Part shown: positions 10,262-20,384 of the stretch, piece after piece
Layout: the number at the start of each line of letters is the position of its first letter
Position numbering within the stretch: position 1 is the stretch's first letter
From: Methanobacteriota archaeon
GTDB taxonomy: Archaea > Halobacteriota > Bog-38 > Methanoflorentales > Methanoflorentaceae
Length of the DNA stretch: 64,000 bases
Direction: 5' to 3'
Assembly: GCA_963720465.1 (NCBI GenBank)
Contig: OY970393.1
Location: 160,001 to 224,000, forward strand
Made by a program: the position numbers and the translations under genes
Notes under the pieces: model-generated
Told to the model about the DNA's origin: nothing
Seen by the model: the letters and a program-made list of their open reading frames with translations, nothing else
The model's database searches: none

Positions 10262-10760
10262 TGTCTTTACCTAGTAGCTGGGAGTCGGTGCGAACGGCCC
10301 CCGCTTTAATCTTATTTTGTTGACCATTCTTCTACTAATTCAATGGCCTCTTTTGCCAATATCAAGCACACCGTCGTCGTGAAATTTTGGCATCTATTTA
10401 TTCTCCAATTTATTTGTCGAACCGCTGTCCTCGGCGATCCGTGAGCGTGATAAATCCGGCAGCACAGCAGCTGAGTTTGTAGCTGCTATTCTTACTATCG
10501 TAAACTTCTTTTTGTGGGGAGGCATTTATGGCAGTATTCTCACGAAGATTATAGATTGAAATATGATTAGCCGCGCCTTCCCTCGGCCGAGACGTTCGTG
10601 CTGTAATTTCTAATATCGCACAATTTAGCGCGTGAACAACAAATCAAAACCGCCAGCTTTATAATTGGGACAGTATCTTTATACGGCGAAGCTTAAACGC
10701 GCGATTTTTTTTAAGAAAATGCGAACTAGGCTTATTCATCTTACTAAAAAAGGCGATGAC

Positions 10761-11939
10761 ATGGCAAATGCTCCACTTCAAAATAAGTTGATTGCGACGG
10801 CAAAATTAGTGAGCGAAGCTCCGCCAACCGTGAAGCCCAACACAGATTTTGAAATTTCTGGCAAGTTGTACGACGAAGACGTGAATAATAAGGAGGTCTC
10901 TCTCAAACGCTCGTGTGATGGCGTCTTGTTTAAACGTATTAAGGGCGTTCAAAATGCGCGCACCAACGCTAAGGGCGAATACGCTTTTAGCGTACGCCAA
11001 AATGAAGCAGGGACGCATCTTTACAAAGCGACAATCGACGACGTTGACTCTGCATCCTATACGACCAACACCGTCGGCGTGACGACACTCGTGAGTTGGC
11101 CGCGACGGGACATAGGAGCCATAATTTGTTGTTTAGCCGTCCTCGGAGGCCTTCCAATACTATTGGCACTATTAGGCGTTGCAGGCATACACGTCACAAG
11201 TCTTTTAGAGATGTACATTATTTGGCTCATCGTCTTTGCAGCCACAACGACCCTCCTCATCGCAGCGGGACACGGCACTAAGGGTCGACTGTCTGGACTA
11301 CTCATTGACGAGCGTAACCGCATGAGCGCCTCCCGCCTACAGATCATCATGTGGACGCTCGTGATTTTGCCTGCGATTTTGGCGTTAATCTGCATCAACG
11401 TCGGATACGGCTCACCATCTGGTTCTGCATTAAGTATTGCGGTACCTGTTGAGCTTTGGGCATTGCTCGGAATTAGTGGTGGCGCAGCAGTAGCTGCTCC
11501 TGTCGCAAACGATGCGACAAATCGAAGCAAAGATTTAGCAGAGGGAGCGGCTGCTCGAGCGGGTACCTCTGTTGATGCACTAGATCACGAGGGTGTGCTT
11601 GACGTGAACCTACTCGTTAAGGATGCCAAATTTGCCGACATGTTCAAAGGTGATGAAGTTGGCAATCGAGATAACATCGACATATCAAAAGTGCAAATGC
11701 TCATACTTTCGTTCGGTCTCGCCGCCGGTTACGGATCTGCTATCGTACTTTTTATACTGCAGGCGATGCAAGCAAACCCTGTACACATACCGCTGCTAAA
11801 CGGCTTGCCTGCTGTCGATTCAAGCCTTGCGTCCCTCCTATTAATTAGCCAAGGAACGTACGTCGGATACAAAGCTGCGGCCCACACACAAGGCGCTGAT
11901 GAAACCGCAAAAAATAGTGATGGAAAGTCAAAGAGCTAG
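10761..11939 (+). CDS. Multi-pass membrane protein with N-terminal Ig-like beta domain
   Basis: Beta-rich N-terminus (ISGKL..V.L....TNAKGEYAF), several TM helices, and internally repeated SASRLQIIMWT / DISKVQMLILS motifs. ATG 10761 is the likely start. Confidence 0.65.
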   Translation: MANAPLQNKLIATAKLVSEAPPTVKPNTDFEISGKLYDEDVNNKEVSLKRSCDGVLFKRIKGVQNARTNAKGEYAFSVRQNEAGTHLYKATIDDVDSASYTTNTVGVTTLVSWPRRDIGAIICCLAVLGGLPILLALLGVAGIHVTSLLEMYIIWLIVFAATTTLLIAAGHGTKGRLSGLLIDERNRMSASRLQIIMWTLVILPAILALICINVGYGSPSGSALSIAVPVELWALLGISGGAAVAAPVANDATNRSKDLAEGAAARAGTSVDALDHEGVLDVNLLVKDAKFADMFKGDEVGNRDNIDISKVQMLILSFGLAAGYGSAIVLFILQAMQANPVHIPLLNGLPAVDSSLASLLLISQGTYVGYKAAAHTQGADETAKNSDGKSKS

Positions 11940-12532
11940 CAGCGCCTGACCTACATGGCACTTCGTTCCATAAGCAGAATTAATCAACCTGTGACGCCTG
12001 TAAAGCATTATGAGAAACGATAAAGACAGCCATAGCTCTTCGAATCGACTTCATTCCATAACAAGTTTGTTCTAATTTTTTTAAACAACACTAGATCCCA
12101 AATGATAGGTGCCGACGACTGAATACGCACTCGCAGCCGCGCATGATCCCACAATAATTCGGGGGCTTGAGACTAACTCGAATCAAAGATCTATCAAACC
12201 GACGATGTAGGGGGTTCAGATCTCATGAGACTACGATCGTCAATCAAGCGTAAACAAAAAGGCAAGGGTTGAAACAATCGACACGGTAGCGCCTTATTCC
12301 CGGCGAATAGCCCGTCTCGTAGCTTTTCGCTGGTCCAGCAGTTCACGCCCGAGGGCCGTTATTATGTTCGGATAGGCATAAAACCCTTTATCCGCTGCAG
12401 CGATGTTTAGATGCTATGATCAGCTAAGCGCTGAAGAAAAGTGATTGCTGTGCTTATCAGCTCGATTTGTGGCCGCGAACCTTCAAGGCTCGGCGAAAGT
12501 TGAGCTTGTTTAAGCTCTCAATTGAGAAGTTT

Positions 12533-13412
12533 ATGTGGGTGACAGCCGCAAATCGGAACGGTTGCAGCAGGGGTCGTCAACTTCACGTATGTCCAACCGC
12601 AAAAAGACAGACAAGATCGTAACGCGCGGATAGAAGAAGAGCGGCAGCGTATTGAAGAAAGTAAGCGCGAGCTGCACAGGGCGCTTTACAGCGAAATCAT
12701 ATCTCTGTACTGCCTTCTTAACCAGTATCTATTTGTCCTTAAAAAAATGAAGAATGATGAGGAGCTGCCTGCCAGCTTTTTTAGGCAGCTTACGTTTGAT
12801 TTGTACAATACAGTGCGACTAGGCAATCCTATGTTGTATTATCAATTAGATGATGCCCATCCTATTGATTCGTTCTATACAGCGATGAAAGGGGTTAAGA
12901 TCGAGCCAGGCGATCCTTCGATAACCGTGGGCGAACTGGTCGGCGCTTTCCAATCAACGTTGACTAGTCTTCACTCAGGTATGTGGAGTGGAGCGATTAA
13001 AATTAACAAAGATCTGTTGCTAGATTTATCACGAGACTCTCTGCATTGATCGTGCATTGATGAGTTGCTGAAGTTGTTGTGTAACCCGGAAGCAGTTTCG
13101 AAGGAGCTTCTAGAGCTGCCTGCGTTGCAACCCGTAATGGCTGACTATCAACTTCAATGGACAAAATGGGTAGAGAGCGGGTCGCTCAACATTGAGCTAA
13201 TAAAAAAATGGTTCGAAGAGCGTGGCTACCCATATGACAGAAGTGCTGGCATAAAATCGCTCGTCGCCGGGACAATCGAGATCGCAAAAAGGCAAGGCCG
13301 TAGCTTCAACGAGGATGCAGTTGCAAAAGAATTAGAGGAATATGTAGATGCACAAGGAGGTGTCATTAGTTTCGACGACGCTGACAAGATTATTGAAAAG
13401 GCGTGCGAGTAG
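12533..13412 (+). pseudogene. Disrupted membrane-anchored protein, paralog of 20385-21029
   Basis: MWVTAA, then an extra A at about 12551, then IGTVAAGVV...RALYSEII...AHPIDSFY; in-frame TGA at 13047-13049 with the frame continuing to 13412. Confidence 0.6.
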
Positions 13413-13610
13413 TCGAAATCGCTTGGCACATTTGAAGTTATACGAATCGAAATCGTTGCGGCTACCTTATTTTCGGGCTACTCAAATTATGTGGTTGTGC
13501 ACTGAAGATGACTTTCTTTATTCGAGATTTTGAGCGCTCCGAAACTGTCACAATATGGAAAGGCGTTGCAGCAACTAAACATCTGTGAGTAACCAGCGCG
13601 TTTTTAGTAT

Positions 13611-14042
13611 ATACAACCAATCTGCACGCACACAATAAGCGTTCAGAGTTCAAAGCCCTCTCACGCGTATCCGATTATTCGACTGCCACGTGAGTACCGA
13701 GAATTGGCAGGATCACAAGCAGAAGTTTATAGAACTACACATCAAGGGAAGCTTGCGTTTCTCGTGACGGTAGACAAAAAAGTAGACAACAGTTGTCGTC
13801 TACTTGGCCCAGAGATTGACATTGAATCTCGCATCTATGCCTTGGAATCAGAGATCAGCTCGCTCAAATTACTCCTTCTTTCAAAGGAAGGCGGCAGCCT
13901 TCACAAAAGAAAAAGTCAAGTCACAACGAAGAATGGCCAATCGCACAGTTTTTGGATTGAAGATGACAATGGGAATTGGGTGCTCTTAAACGCACATAAG
14001 ATAGTTTTCAAGCTCAGAAGTTATCACACAAAAACAAGATGA
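13611..14042 (+). pseudogene. Small ORF family copy 1 (AbrB-like / putative integrase N-terminal fragment), start codon apparently degenerate (ATA)
   Basis: IQPICTHTISVQSSKPSHAYPIIRLPREYRELAGSQAEVYRTTHQGKLAFLVTV, homologous to 17769-18107 and 22707-23012. Confidence 0.55.
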
Positions 14043-14259
14043 TATTCTGGCTAAGAATACTCTCTTGCGAGGCTTGAAGGGAACATCGCTGCAGTGATTG
14101 TTAACAAAAGTTAAAATAATTGACTTTGTGGAAGTTTCTTCCGGACGAAGGCGAAAGTTCTGACCTTGCGGCCCCACGATGCAGCAAAGTCGGCTTCCAA
14201 CCACTCATTTAAAAGTGGCACCATTTCGATTCTGCTATAGTAAAGAGACTTAAATTAAG

Positions 14260-14673
14260 TTAAGCGAGGCGTGTGCCGCTCATCCAGTCATATACCTCAG
14301 GGTCTAACTTAGGCGGCTCTGGATCTCTGCGACGGTAAGTCCACGGGTCCTCTGGTTTGTGATAAGGGACTATCCTGGTTACATATCGCGCCACGACTTC
14401 GACTTCGTGATCTTTGTTGTTGCTATCTCGAAATTTGAACCAACATATGGATCGGTAATACTTACTTATACCGTTCTTATCTGTCTCGATTTTGTTTCTC
14501 TCGCGAGTTTCGATTTCTTTAAGGTCTCGACCCTCTTCCTTTAATCTTTCCGACTCTTTCTTAGCATCGATTAGTTTCCACGTGGAATATTCTTGTGATC
14601 TACGCGTTGCTATGAGCTTTTCAAGCACGATCTTGCTGAGTTCGTTTATGTCGAGAGGTGGCACCTCTTGCAT
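14260..14673 (-). CDS. Hypothetical protein
   Basis: 137-aa ORF with ATG preceded by GGGGTGA; charged helical region; no family recognised. Confidence 0.45.
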   Translation of the reverse strand: MQEVPPLDINELSKIVLEKLIATRRSQEYSTWKLIDAKKESERLKEEGRDLKEIETRERNKIETDKNGISKYYRSICWFKFRDSNNKDHEVEVVARYVTRIVPYHKPEDPWTYRRRDPEPPKLDPEVYDWMSGTRLA

Positions 14674-14782
14674 TCCATCACCCCATTGAGTTTATTTCTT
14701 GATTTTGCATACTTGCTAGAATCTGCAGTTATGTAGTTATCTCCCAGAATGTAGCGCACTTATAAATAAAAACACCAGGCTC

Positions 14783-15005
14783 CTAATCACGCGCCGCATC
14801 GATTGCAAAAGCCTTCAATAAAGGTCCTGTGCGTGTTACTGCGGTGGGTTGACCATCGAGTTCGGTCTGAAATTCTTGCTTGTTAATTCTCTTCGGGCAA
14901 TGTTTAAACTTGCTGTCGCTTTTATCCCATTCGTTACTTTTGAACCAACCCACAACATAAATGCCGCCATCATACTTGTTATTCTTAAAATATCGATCAA
15001 ACAGC
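14783..15005 (-). pseudogene. C-terminal remnant of a large NTPase-associated nuclease-like protein
   Basis: LFDRYF..GGIYVVGWF..WD...LKAFAID resembles the C-terminus of large NACHT/ATPase-REase-type proteins; the 5' part is missing. Confidence 0.4.
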
Positions 15006-15150
15006 TTGTCAAAGCTTGCTGGATTGCCCACGAGAATTTACCAGATACTTCACGACGGAGCGCTTGCTTTCCTAGTGATCCTCGCACCTGCATATGGAGC
15101 GTCAAAAAACAACGCAGAGCGCTCCAAGTTGCCTGCCATGACATAGCGAC
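15005..15150 (+). mobile_element. Small ORF family copy 2 (5'-truncated) ending in degenerate tRNA-Val(GAC)-like att sequence
   Basis: LSKLAGLPTRIYQILHDGALAFLVI, followed by CCTGCCATGACATAGCG, similar to the anticodon arm GCCTTGACATGGCG. Confidence 0.55.
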
Positions 15151-15426
15151 GAATTTGAGAAGTAACAACGACTTGTGATCGCCTACATCAGGCAAAGGCT
15201 AAGTTAGGTTTCTAGATTGCCTCCTTCGCTTCAAACATCTGTACAGGCCGTCGTTGCAAAATCCGAATTTTAGCCGATGAAGGAAAAATCGGCATTAACC
15301 GTTGATACCACCAAAAATAGTGGTCGTAATAGAGAGTGAGTCAGCTCAAGATTGGAGTTGACGCAGAACACGACAGTTGGGATAAATGTTTATTTAAGCA
15401 GACCGTGCTAAAAAAGAGGGATCGGT

Positions 15427-17523
15427 ATGATATCTCAAGAAGCTCAAGCTAGCGTTGGGAACTGGCAGGAAGAAGTAAAAAAGCGTAGATTTGAATTGGG
15501 TTTAGAAGAACAAGATACAATAAAAATTAACCGTATTTGCGAAGAAGTGACGAAGATATGGAAAAAAACCCCCCCTCCTTACCCCTACACGCCTCACGAT
15601 CATACGCATTGTGAACGAGTTGAAGAGAAGATCTACCAACTTCTAACGACTTCAGAACTACAGAAATTCAGCAAGATAGAGCGGTTTTTACTCATTGCTA
15701 GTGCTTGGCTTCACGATATTGGAATGAATCCTTACGCGTTGCGTAAAGACCCCCCTTGGCGTCGAGGAATGGCACGCACAAAGAGTTGGAATGAAGAAAC
15801 TCGAAAGAAGCACAATGAAAGATCCTCAACATTCGTTGAAGAAAAGGCTAAAACGCTTGGTTTGACTGACAAAGATATTAAATATTTAAAAAAGCTTTGC
15901 TATTTCCATCGACATAGAACATATTCAGAACTACAGAAGTTAGATTGGGAAACTGAAGACGATAAAATCCACATCAAACTTCTAGCTGCTTTTTTGAGGT
16001 TAGCAGACGCGCTTCACATACGAGACAGATTCCTTGTTGAACAATTCCAGATTTATGACGCTCTCGGCTTAGATCCCGAAGCAAGGTTTCATTGGTTAAA
16101 AAGCAAATTCGTCCATAGCATTTTAATTGATTCTAAAACGCACAAAATAACAGTTCTTCTAAGAGTACGAAATACAAGTAAAAAATGTGAGAAGTGGATA
16201 AAACCACTAAGAGATCTTTTAGAATTAGAAGCTCAAGATGAATTGGACTCTCTTAAGGACATATTTGCCGAAGGAGCGGAGCTTGGGTTACCAGTCTATC
16301 TGTCTGTTAAGAGTGGCATTCAAAAAAGCAAAATGGAAGAAGAAGAATGGTCAACACTCGACGAGACGTTAAATTACCTTGAATTATTTGAGAGTGTTCT
16401 GAGTCCCAATGCAAGCGCAGTTATTACGAACATATTCAAACAAATTGACCTCTACCTGAATTTGAATGATCCGACTACTGTTGTAGATTATTTAACAGAT
16501 TATGAAAAAGACGTTTTACGCCCCATCTTAGACAAACGTCCTTGTCACGTTTATTTAGCGAAGATAGATCGTTTGTTAATCGATGTTCTTAAAGATGAGG
16601 CTGATGCTACCGAGAAAGTAGAGAGAATCAAAAGTACGGTCCAGAAATGGGAAAATGACAGAGAGAGTGCTTTGGAAACAATCCCAAAAATAGCGTATGG
16701 GACTCTTGCACAGGGCTTTCCAGCACTCCTCTACGGATATAGCGATACAATAGTTAGGTGTTTAGCATATATCCTAAAAGAGCAAAAACAGAGTTTTAAA
16801 GTGTATGTTTGTGAAGGAAGGACGAACACAGAGTACCGCTATAACAATAGGATCGTGTTTTGCGACGGGATCATGTATGCAGAAAAGCTTAAGGAAGCTG
16901 AAAAGACGGTAAACAAAGCTCTTAAACGCAAAAAGGACAACACGCTCAAAATCAATATTCAGTTCGTACCTGATTCCGCTGTTTCAAACCTATTGACGAA
17001 TAAAAAGATATCAATGATACTTTTTGGAGCGAATGGGATTAGTCCAAAGGGCAAAGTTTCGCATAAGCTTGGTCACTTAGCCATCGCAGATATGGCTGCA
17101 GGCGGAAAATACGCTACGCCCATATACGTAATTGCTGAATCAATGAAAATCGGCCTGTTTGAAGAAAAGCCAGATAATCAAAGAGAGAACAATTGGCTTA
17201 CGACTGATGTGCACCAAGAAGACAAATTTGAAAAAATTTTTAACTTATCCGAAGGGCAAGGAATAAAGAACTTACTTTATAATCCACGTGAAGACGTCGT
17301 TCCGCCTGATAGAATCTTGAAAATCATCACAGAAAAAGGCCCTGAAACTCCTCAAGAGATTTGGCGACATTCAGAGGAGGAACTCGAGATGTATAAGACA
17401 TTATCGTATGATGGTGTTGTCGGGATGCTTGACGGCATTGTCGAAATGCTTAAGCAAAACGCTAACTTGTTGACAGGCGGCCAAAGGATTAAGCTACTAA
17501 CTTTTCTAAGTCATCAAATCTAA
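15427..17523 (+). CDS. HD-domain phosphohydrolase fused to an IF-2B / ribose-1,5-bisphosphate isomerase-like domain
   Basis: N-terminus: YTPHDHTH, AWLHDIGM, HNERS, LRLADALH. C-terminus: KRPCHVYL, LYGYSDTI, VYVCEGR, VPDSAV, LFGANGI, HKLGHLAIA, PIYVIAESMK, NPREDVVPP..IITEKG. Confidence 0.8.
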   Translation: MISQEAQASVGNWQEEVKKRRFELGLEEQDTIKINRICEEVTKIWKKTPPPYPYTPHDHTHCERVEEKIYQLLTTSELQKFSKIERFLLIASAWLHDIGMNPYALRKDPPWRRGMARTKSWNEETRKKHNERSSTFVEEKAKTLGLTDKDIKYLKKLCYFHRHRTYSELQKLDWETEDDKIHIKLLAAFLRLADALHIRDRFLVEQFQIYDALGLDPEARFHWLKSKFVHSILIDSKTHKITVLLRVRNTSKKCEKWIKPLRDLLELEAQDELDSLKDIFAEGAELGLPVYLSVKSGIQKSKMEEEEWSTLDETLNYLELFESVLSPNASAVITNIFKQIDLYLNLNDPTTVVDYLTDYEKDVLRPILDKRPCHVYLAKIDRLLIDVLKDEADATEKVERIKSTVQKWENDRESALETIPKIAYGTLAQGFPALLYGYSDTIVRCLAYILKEQKQSFKVYVCEGRTNTEYRYNNRIVFCDGIMYAEKLKEAEKTVNKALKRKKDNTLKINIQFVPDSAVSNLLTNKKISMILFGANGISPKGKVSHKLGHLAIADMAAGGKYATPIYVIAESMKIGLFEEKPDNQRENNWLTTDVHQEDKFEKIFNLSEGQGIKNLLYNPREDVVPPDRILKIITEKGPETPQEIWRHSEEELEMYKTLSYDGVVGMLDGIVEMLKQNANLLTGGQRIKLLTFLSHQI

Positions 17524-17768
17524 GCGCAAGTCGTTGCAAATTCTTCAAAGTCACAGCGGCCTTGTAGATTGGGGTACGCTTTGTTAAGAAAGCGGAGGCC
17601 TAATTAACCCTGGTTTTTATAAGCCGCGAGTCTCGAACAGATCATCGACTTCCAGAACGACGTATAACGGAAAAAATGGGTTCAACATAACTCTTTTTTT
17701 GGCATTTGCCTTATCTCACGCGACTAATAACAACGATTAAGTATGCAGAATAGTCCTTATTCAGCACT

Positions 17769-18107
17769 ATGCTAGCCGCTGAACAATATCCAGGTCTCTT
17801 TTTAGACGGAATGCTGCCCAAGCGTGAGTTGTTACAGATTCACCACAGCAAAATCTCTCTGCACTACGCAAAAGAAGGCTATAGCTATCCTACGATACGG
17901 CTGCCGCATACGTTCTCAATGCTTGCTTGGCTTCCAATAAAGATCTATCAGACCATTCATGAAGGGTCTCTTGCTTTTCTCGTAGTCGTTTCGTCCAAAG
18001 AAAAAGCCGCAAGCAGTCTGAAATCCTCCGTCTTCACACGTCGACAATTATTTGTTATTAAGCTACCGAGGGCTACTAACGAGCATATCAGGAAAGAGTC
18101 TAAGTAA
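17769..18107 (+). mobile_element. Small ORF family copy 3 (putative int(N)) with att-like core at 18024-18040
   Basis: ELLQIHHSKISLH..GYSYPTIRLPHTFS..IYQT.HEG.LAFLVVV...SSVFTR; TCCTCCGTCTTCACACG matches the tRNA-Val(CAC) anticodon arm. Confidence 0.65.
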
Positions 18108-18215
18108 CCACAATTGAGGGTGATCGTCGCCTATGTCAGGCAACCACCTTTTGACGTCTATTTGTATCACAAACAAGCGGAAGTTCTAAGTGTCACGATC
18201 CTACTTCATAGATGC

Positions 18216-20090
18216 ATGAGCGGAGATATTCAAGCTAACCCTTTCACACATTTCATTGTAGGGATAAACTACATGCCACGCAGGAGCGCATGTGAAATGT
18301 GGACGGATTGGTCGGAGAGCTCTATCGAGAAAGACTTTGAACAAATGAAGGAGCTCGGCCTCAACACCGTGAGAACGTTTATTTTTTGGAATGATTTCCA
18401 GCCGCAGCCAGATTCGATCTCTCTTCCTGCCATCAAAAAGTTCGATAAAATGCTGCAAATTGCGGAGAAGCATAACCTCAAACTGATGCCGACGTTCTTC
18501 ACTGGCCACATGAGCGGCGAGCATTATGATGTTCCGTGGCGCGGCAGCAGAGACATATGGGAGGATCCGTTTATGTTGAGCGCGCAGGTGGCACTGGTGC
18601 GATATTTTGCCGAGCGATATGCGGATAATGACGCGATACTGTGTTGGGACCTAGCCAATGAACACGACACATTCGCCCAGCCGCGAAGTGCCTATTCGGG
18701 ATGGCTTTGGACACACCTTCTCTACAGAGAGATGAAGACCTTTGATTGTTCACATCCAATAACCGTAGGGACGCATATTTCGTCACTCTTAAATGATAAG
18801 CTTCGGTTCGACATGATCGCGGCTGATTTTTTGTGTACGCATCCCTACCCAATCTATACGCCCTTTATCATAGATCCATCAGATACGATACGAAGCACAC
18901 TTTTTCCTGCATTTTCCTCCAAGCTCGCACAATGCCTCGGCAAGAGGAGGGTAATGCTACAGGAGTTTGGTACAAGCACCGAAATGACCTCTGATGATAT
19001 GAGCGCCAGGTTTTATCAATCAGTACTTTACAGTAGCCTCATAAACGAGTCAATTGGCGCGCTCGCATGGTGTTGGGCTGACTACACTGTACCTCCGGAG
19101 CGAAAGCCCTATAATACGACTCCTCACGAGTTTGAGTTTGGGATTACGGATTATGACGGCGTGCCTAAGAAACACGCCTGGGTTCTTAAGGAGTTTGCCG
19201 AAAATGCTAACTCGATCGACTACGCGGCATTAGCTCCTGAAAAACCAAAAGCAGCCATTGTGATCCCCCAATTTTACTATGAAGAGCACAGCGTCTTTTT
19301 GCCTGCATATTCTGCTGAAGCACAACTACGTTCACTATTTAGTGCTTTTGTTCTCGCCAAGCAAGCAAATATCGACGTTGACTTCATTAAGCCCGATGAC
19401 CCATTCACTTACGACCTGCTCATTATTCCGTCAGTTCCCAGTAAGGGGCATCTCACCGCTCTGCAGTGGAAAAAAGTTGAGCAGTATGTCTTAGATGGAG
19501 GTAACGTGTACTGCTCCTACAATGGCGTTGCGTTCCCAGGACTTAGTGATCTATTCGGCATCAAGGTGATTTCTCAGCTCTCTGCACCAGACACTCAGAC
19601 GTTTCATCTGCATCAACCCACTGTTACGCTGAATTATCGTACCGTGCCGAGCAAGGTAATGCTTGCCGATGAACACGAAGGAGAGGTGATCGCTCGAGAT
19701 CAGGACAACAATCCCGCAATCGTGCGAAATATGCATGGAAAAGGAACGACTTTATTTGTCACATCTCCTATTGAATACTATCTCTCGTTTATGTTGAATG
19801 CGGCTGAAATAAATGACTCATATCAACTGTACAAAATCGCCGGCCAAAACATTCAACGTTCCATTGACTACGACAATCCGTTCGTCGAGTCCAAGCTGTT
19901 TTGTGGAAAGCGGGAGAAATACATTCTCTTTGTTAGCCACCGGAATACGCCTACGACATGTAGCTTCAACATTAACGTTACGCACGGCCGTTCCGAGCAA
20001 GTTAGCCCGCGCTCAGATGAGATCGGATCAGAAAAGCCGAATGTGGTGACTATTGAGCCAAACGGTTACGCAATATTGCGTATTGAATGA
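18216..20090 (+). CDS. Clan GH-A glycoside hydrolase (GH5/GH42-like; putative beta-mannosidase or beta-galactosidase)
   Basis: GINY, LGLNTVRTFIFW..FQP, WDLANEH acid/base, LQEFG nucleophile, C-terminal GH42 trimerisation-like domain. ATG 18216 is the likely start. Confidence 0.8.
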   Translation: MSGDIQANPFTHFIVGINYMPRRSACEMWTDWSESSIEKDFEQMKELGLNTVRTFIFWNDFQPQPDSISLPAIKKFDKMLQIAEKHNLKLMPTFFTGHMSGEHYDVPWRGSRDIWEDPFMLSAQVALVRYFAERYADNDAILCWDLANEHDTFAQPRSAYSGWLWTHLLYREMKTFDCSHPITVGTHISSLLNDKLRFDMIAADFLCTHPYPIYTPFIIDPSDTIRSTLFPAFSSKLAQCLGKRRVMLQEFGTSTEMTSDDMSARFYQSVLYSSLINESIGALAWCWADYTVPPERKPYNTTPHEFEFGITDYDGVPKKHAWVLKEFAENANSIDYAALAPEKPKAAIVIPQFYYEEHSVFLPAYSAEAQLRSLFSAFVLAKQANIDVDFIKPDDPFTYDLLIIPSVPSKGHLTALQWKKVEQYVLDGGNVYCSYNGVAFPGLSDLFGIKVISQLSAPDTQTFHLHQPTVTLNYRTVPSKVMLADEHEGEVIARDQDNNPAIVRNMHGKGTTLFVTSPIEYYLSFMLNAAEINDSYQLYKIAGQNIQRSIDYDNPFVESKLFCGKREKYILFVSHRNTPTTCSFNINVTHGRSEQVSPRSDEIGSEKPNVVTIEPNGYAILRIE

Positions 20091-20384
20091 GGTCGATGGC
20101 TTTACGAATCTCACAAGAAGATTTTTTGCAGATTTTAGTAAGCATTGACTCACGGGGTTTAAAAAAGATAAAACAACTAATAGCTGAGCTTTGATGATTT
20201 AACCTAAGCGGTTATTTGTGCAACGCGAGTTATCATTCTGAATTGTGCTGATCGGCGCGGAGCCTACAGTACGTTTGCAGCTTGCCAATCGATTTTCTTG
20301 ATAACCAGAGATTCACGAAAACGTTTATAACCTCGGCGAACGTTTGGGTATGCACTTTCATTCTAACGCTATGCTGGTTCAACT

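Noticed and set aside
10300-10530. Possible degraded HEPN-like tail (..AKEAIELVEEW) on the minus strand
   Set aside because: Multiple stops and frameshifts; similarity too weak.
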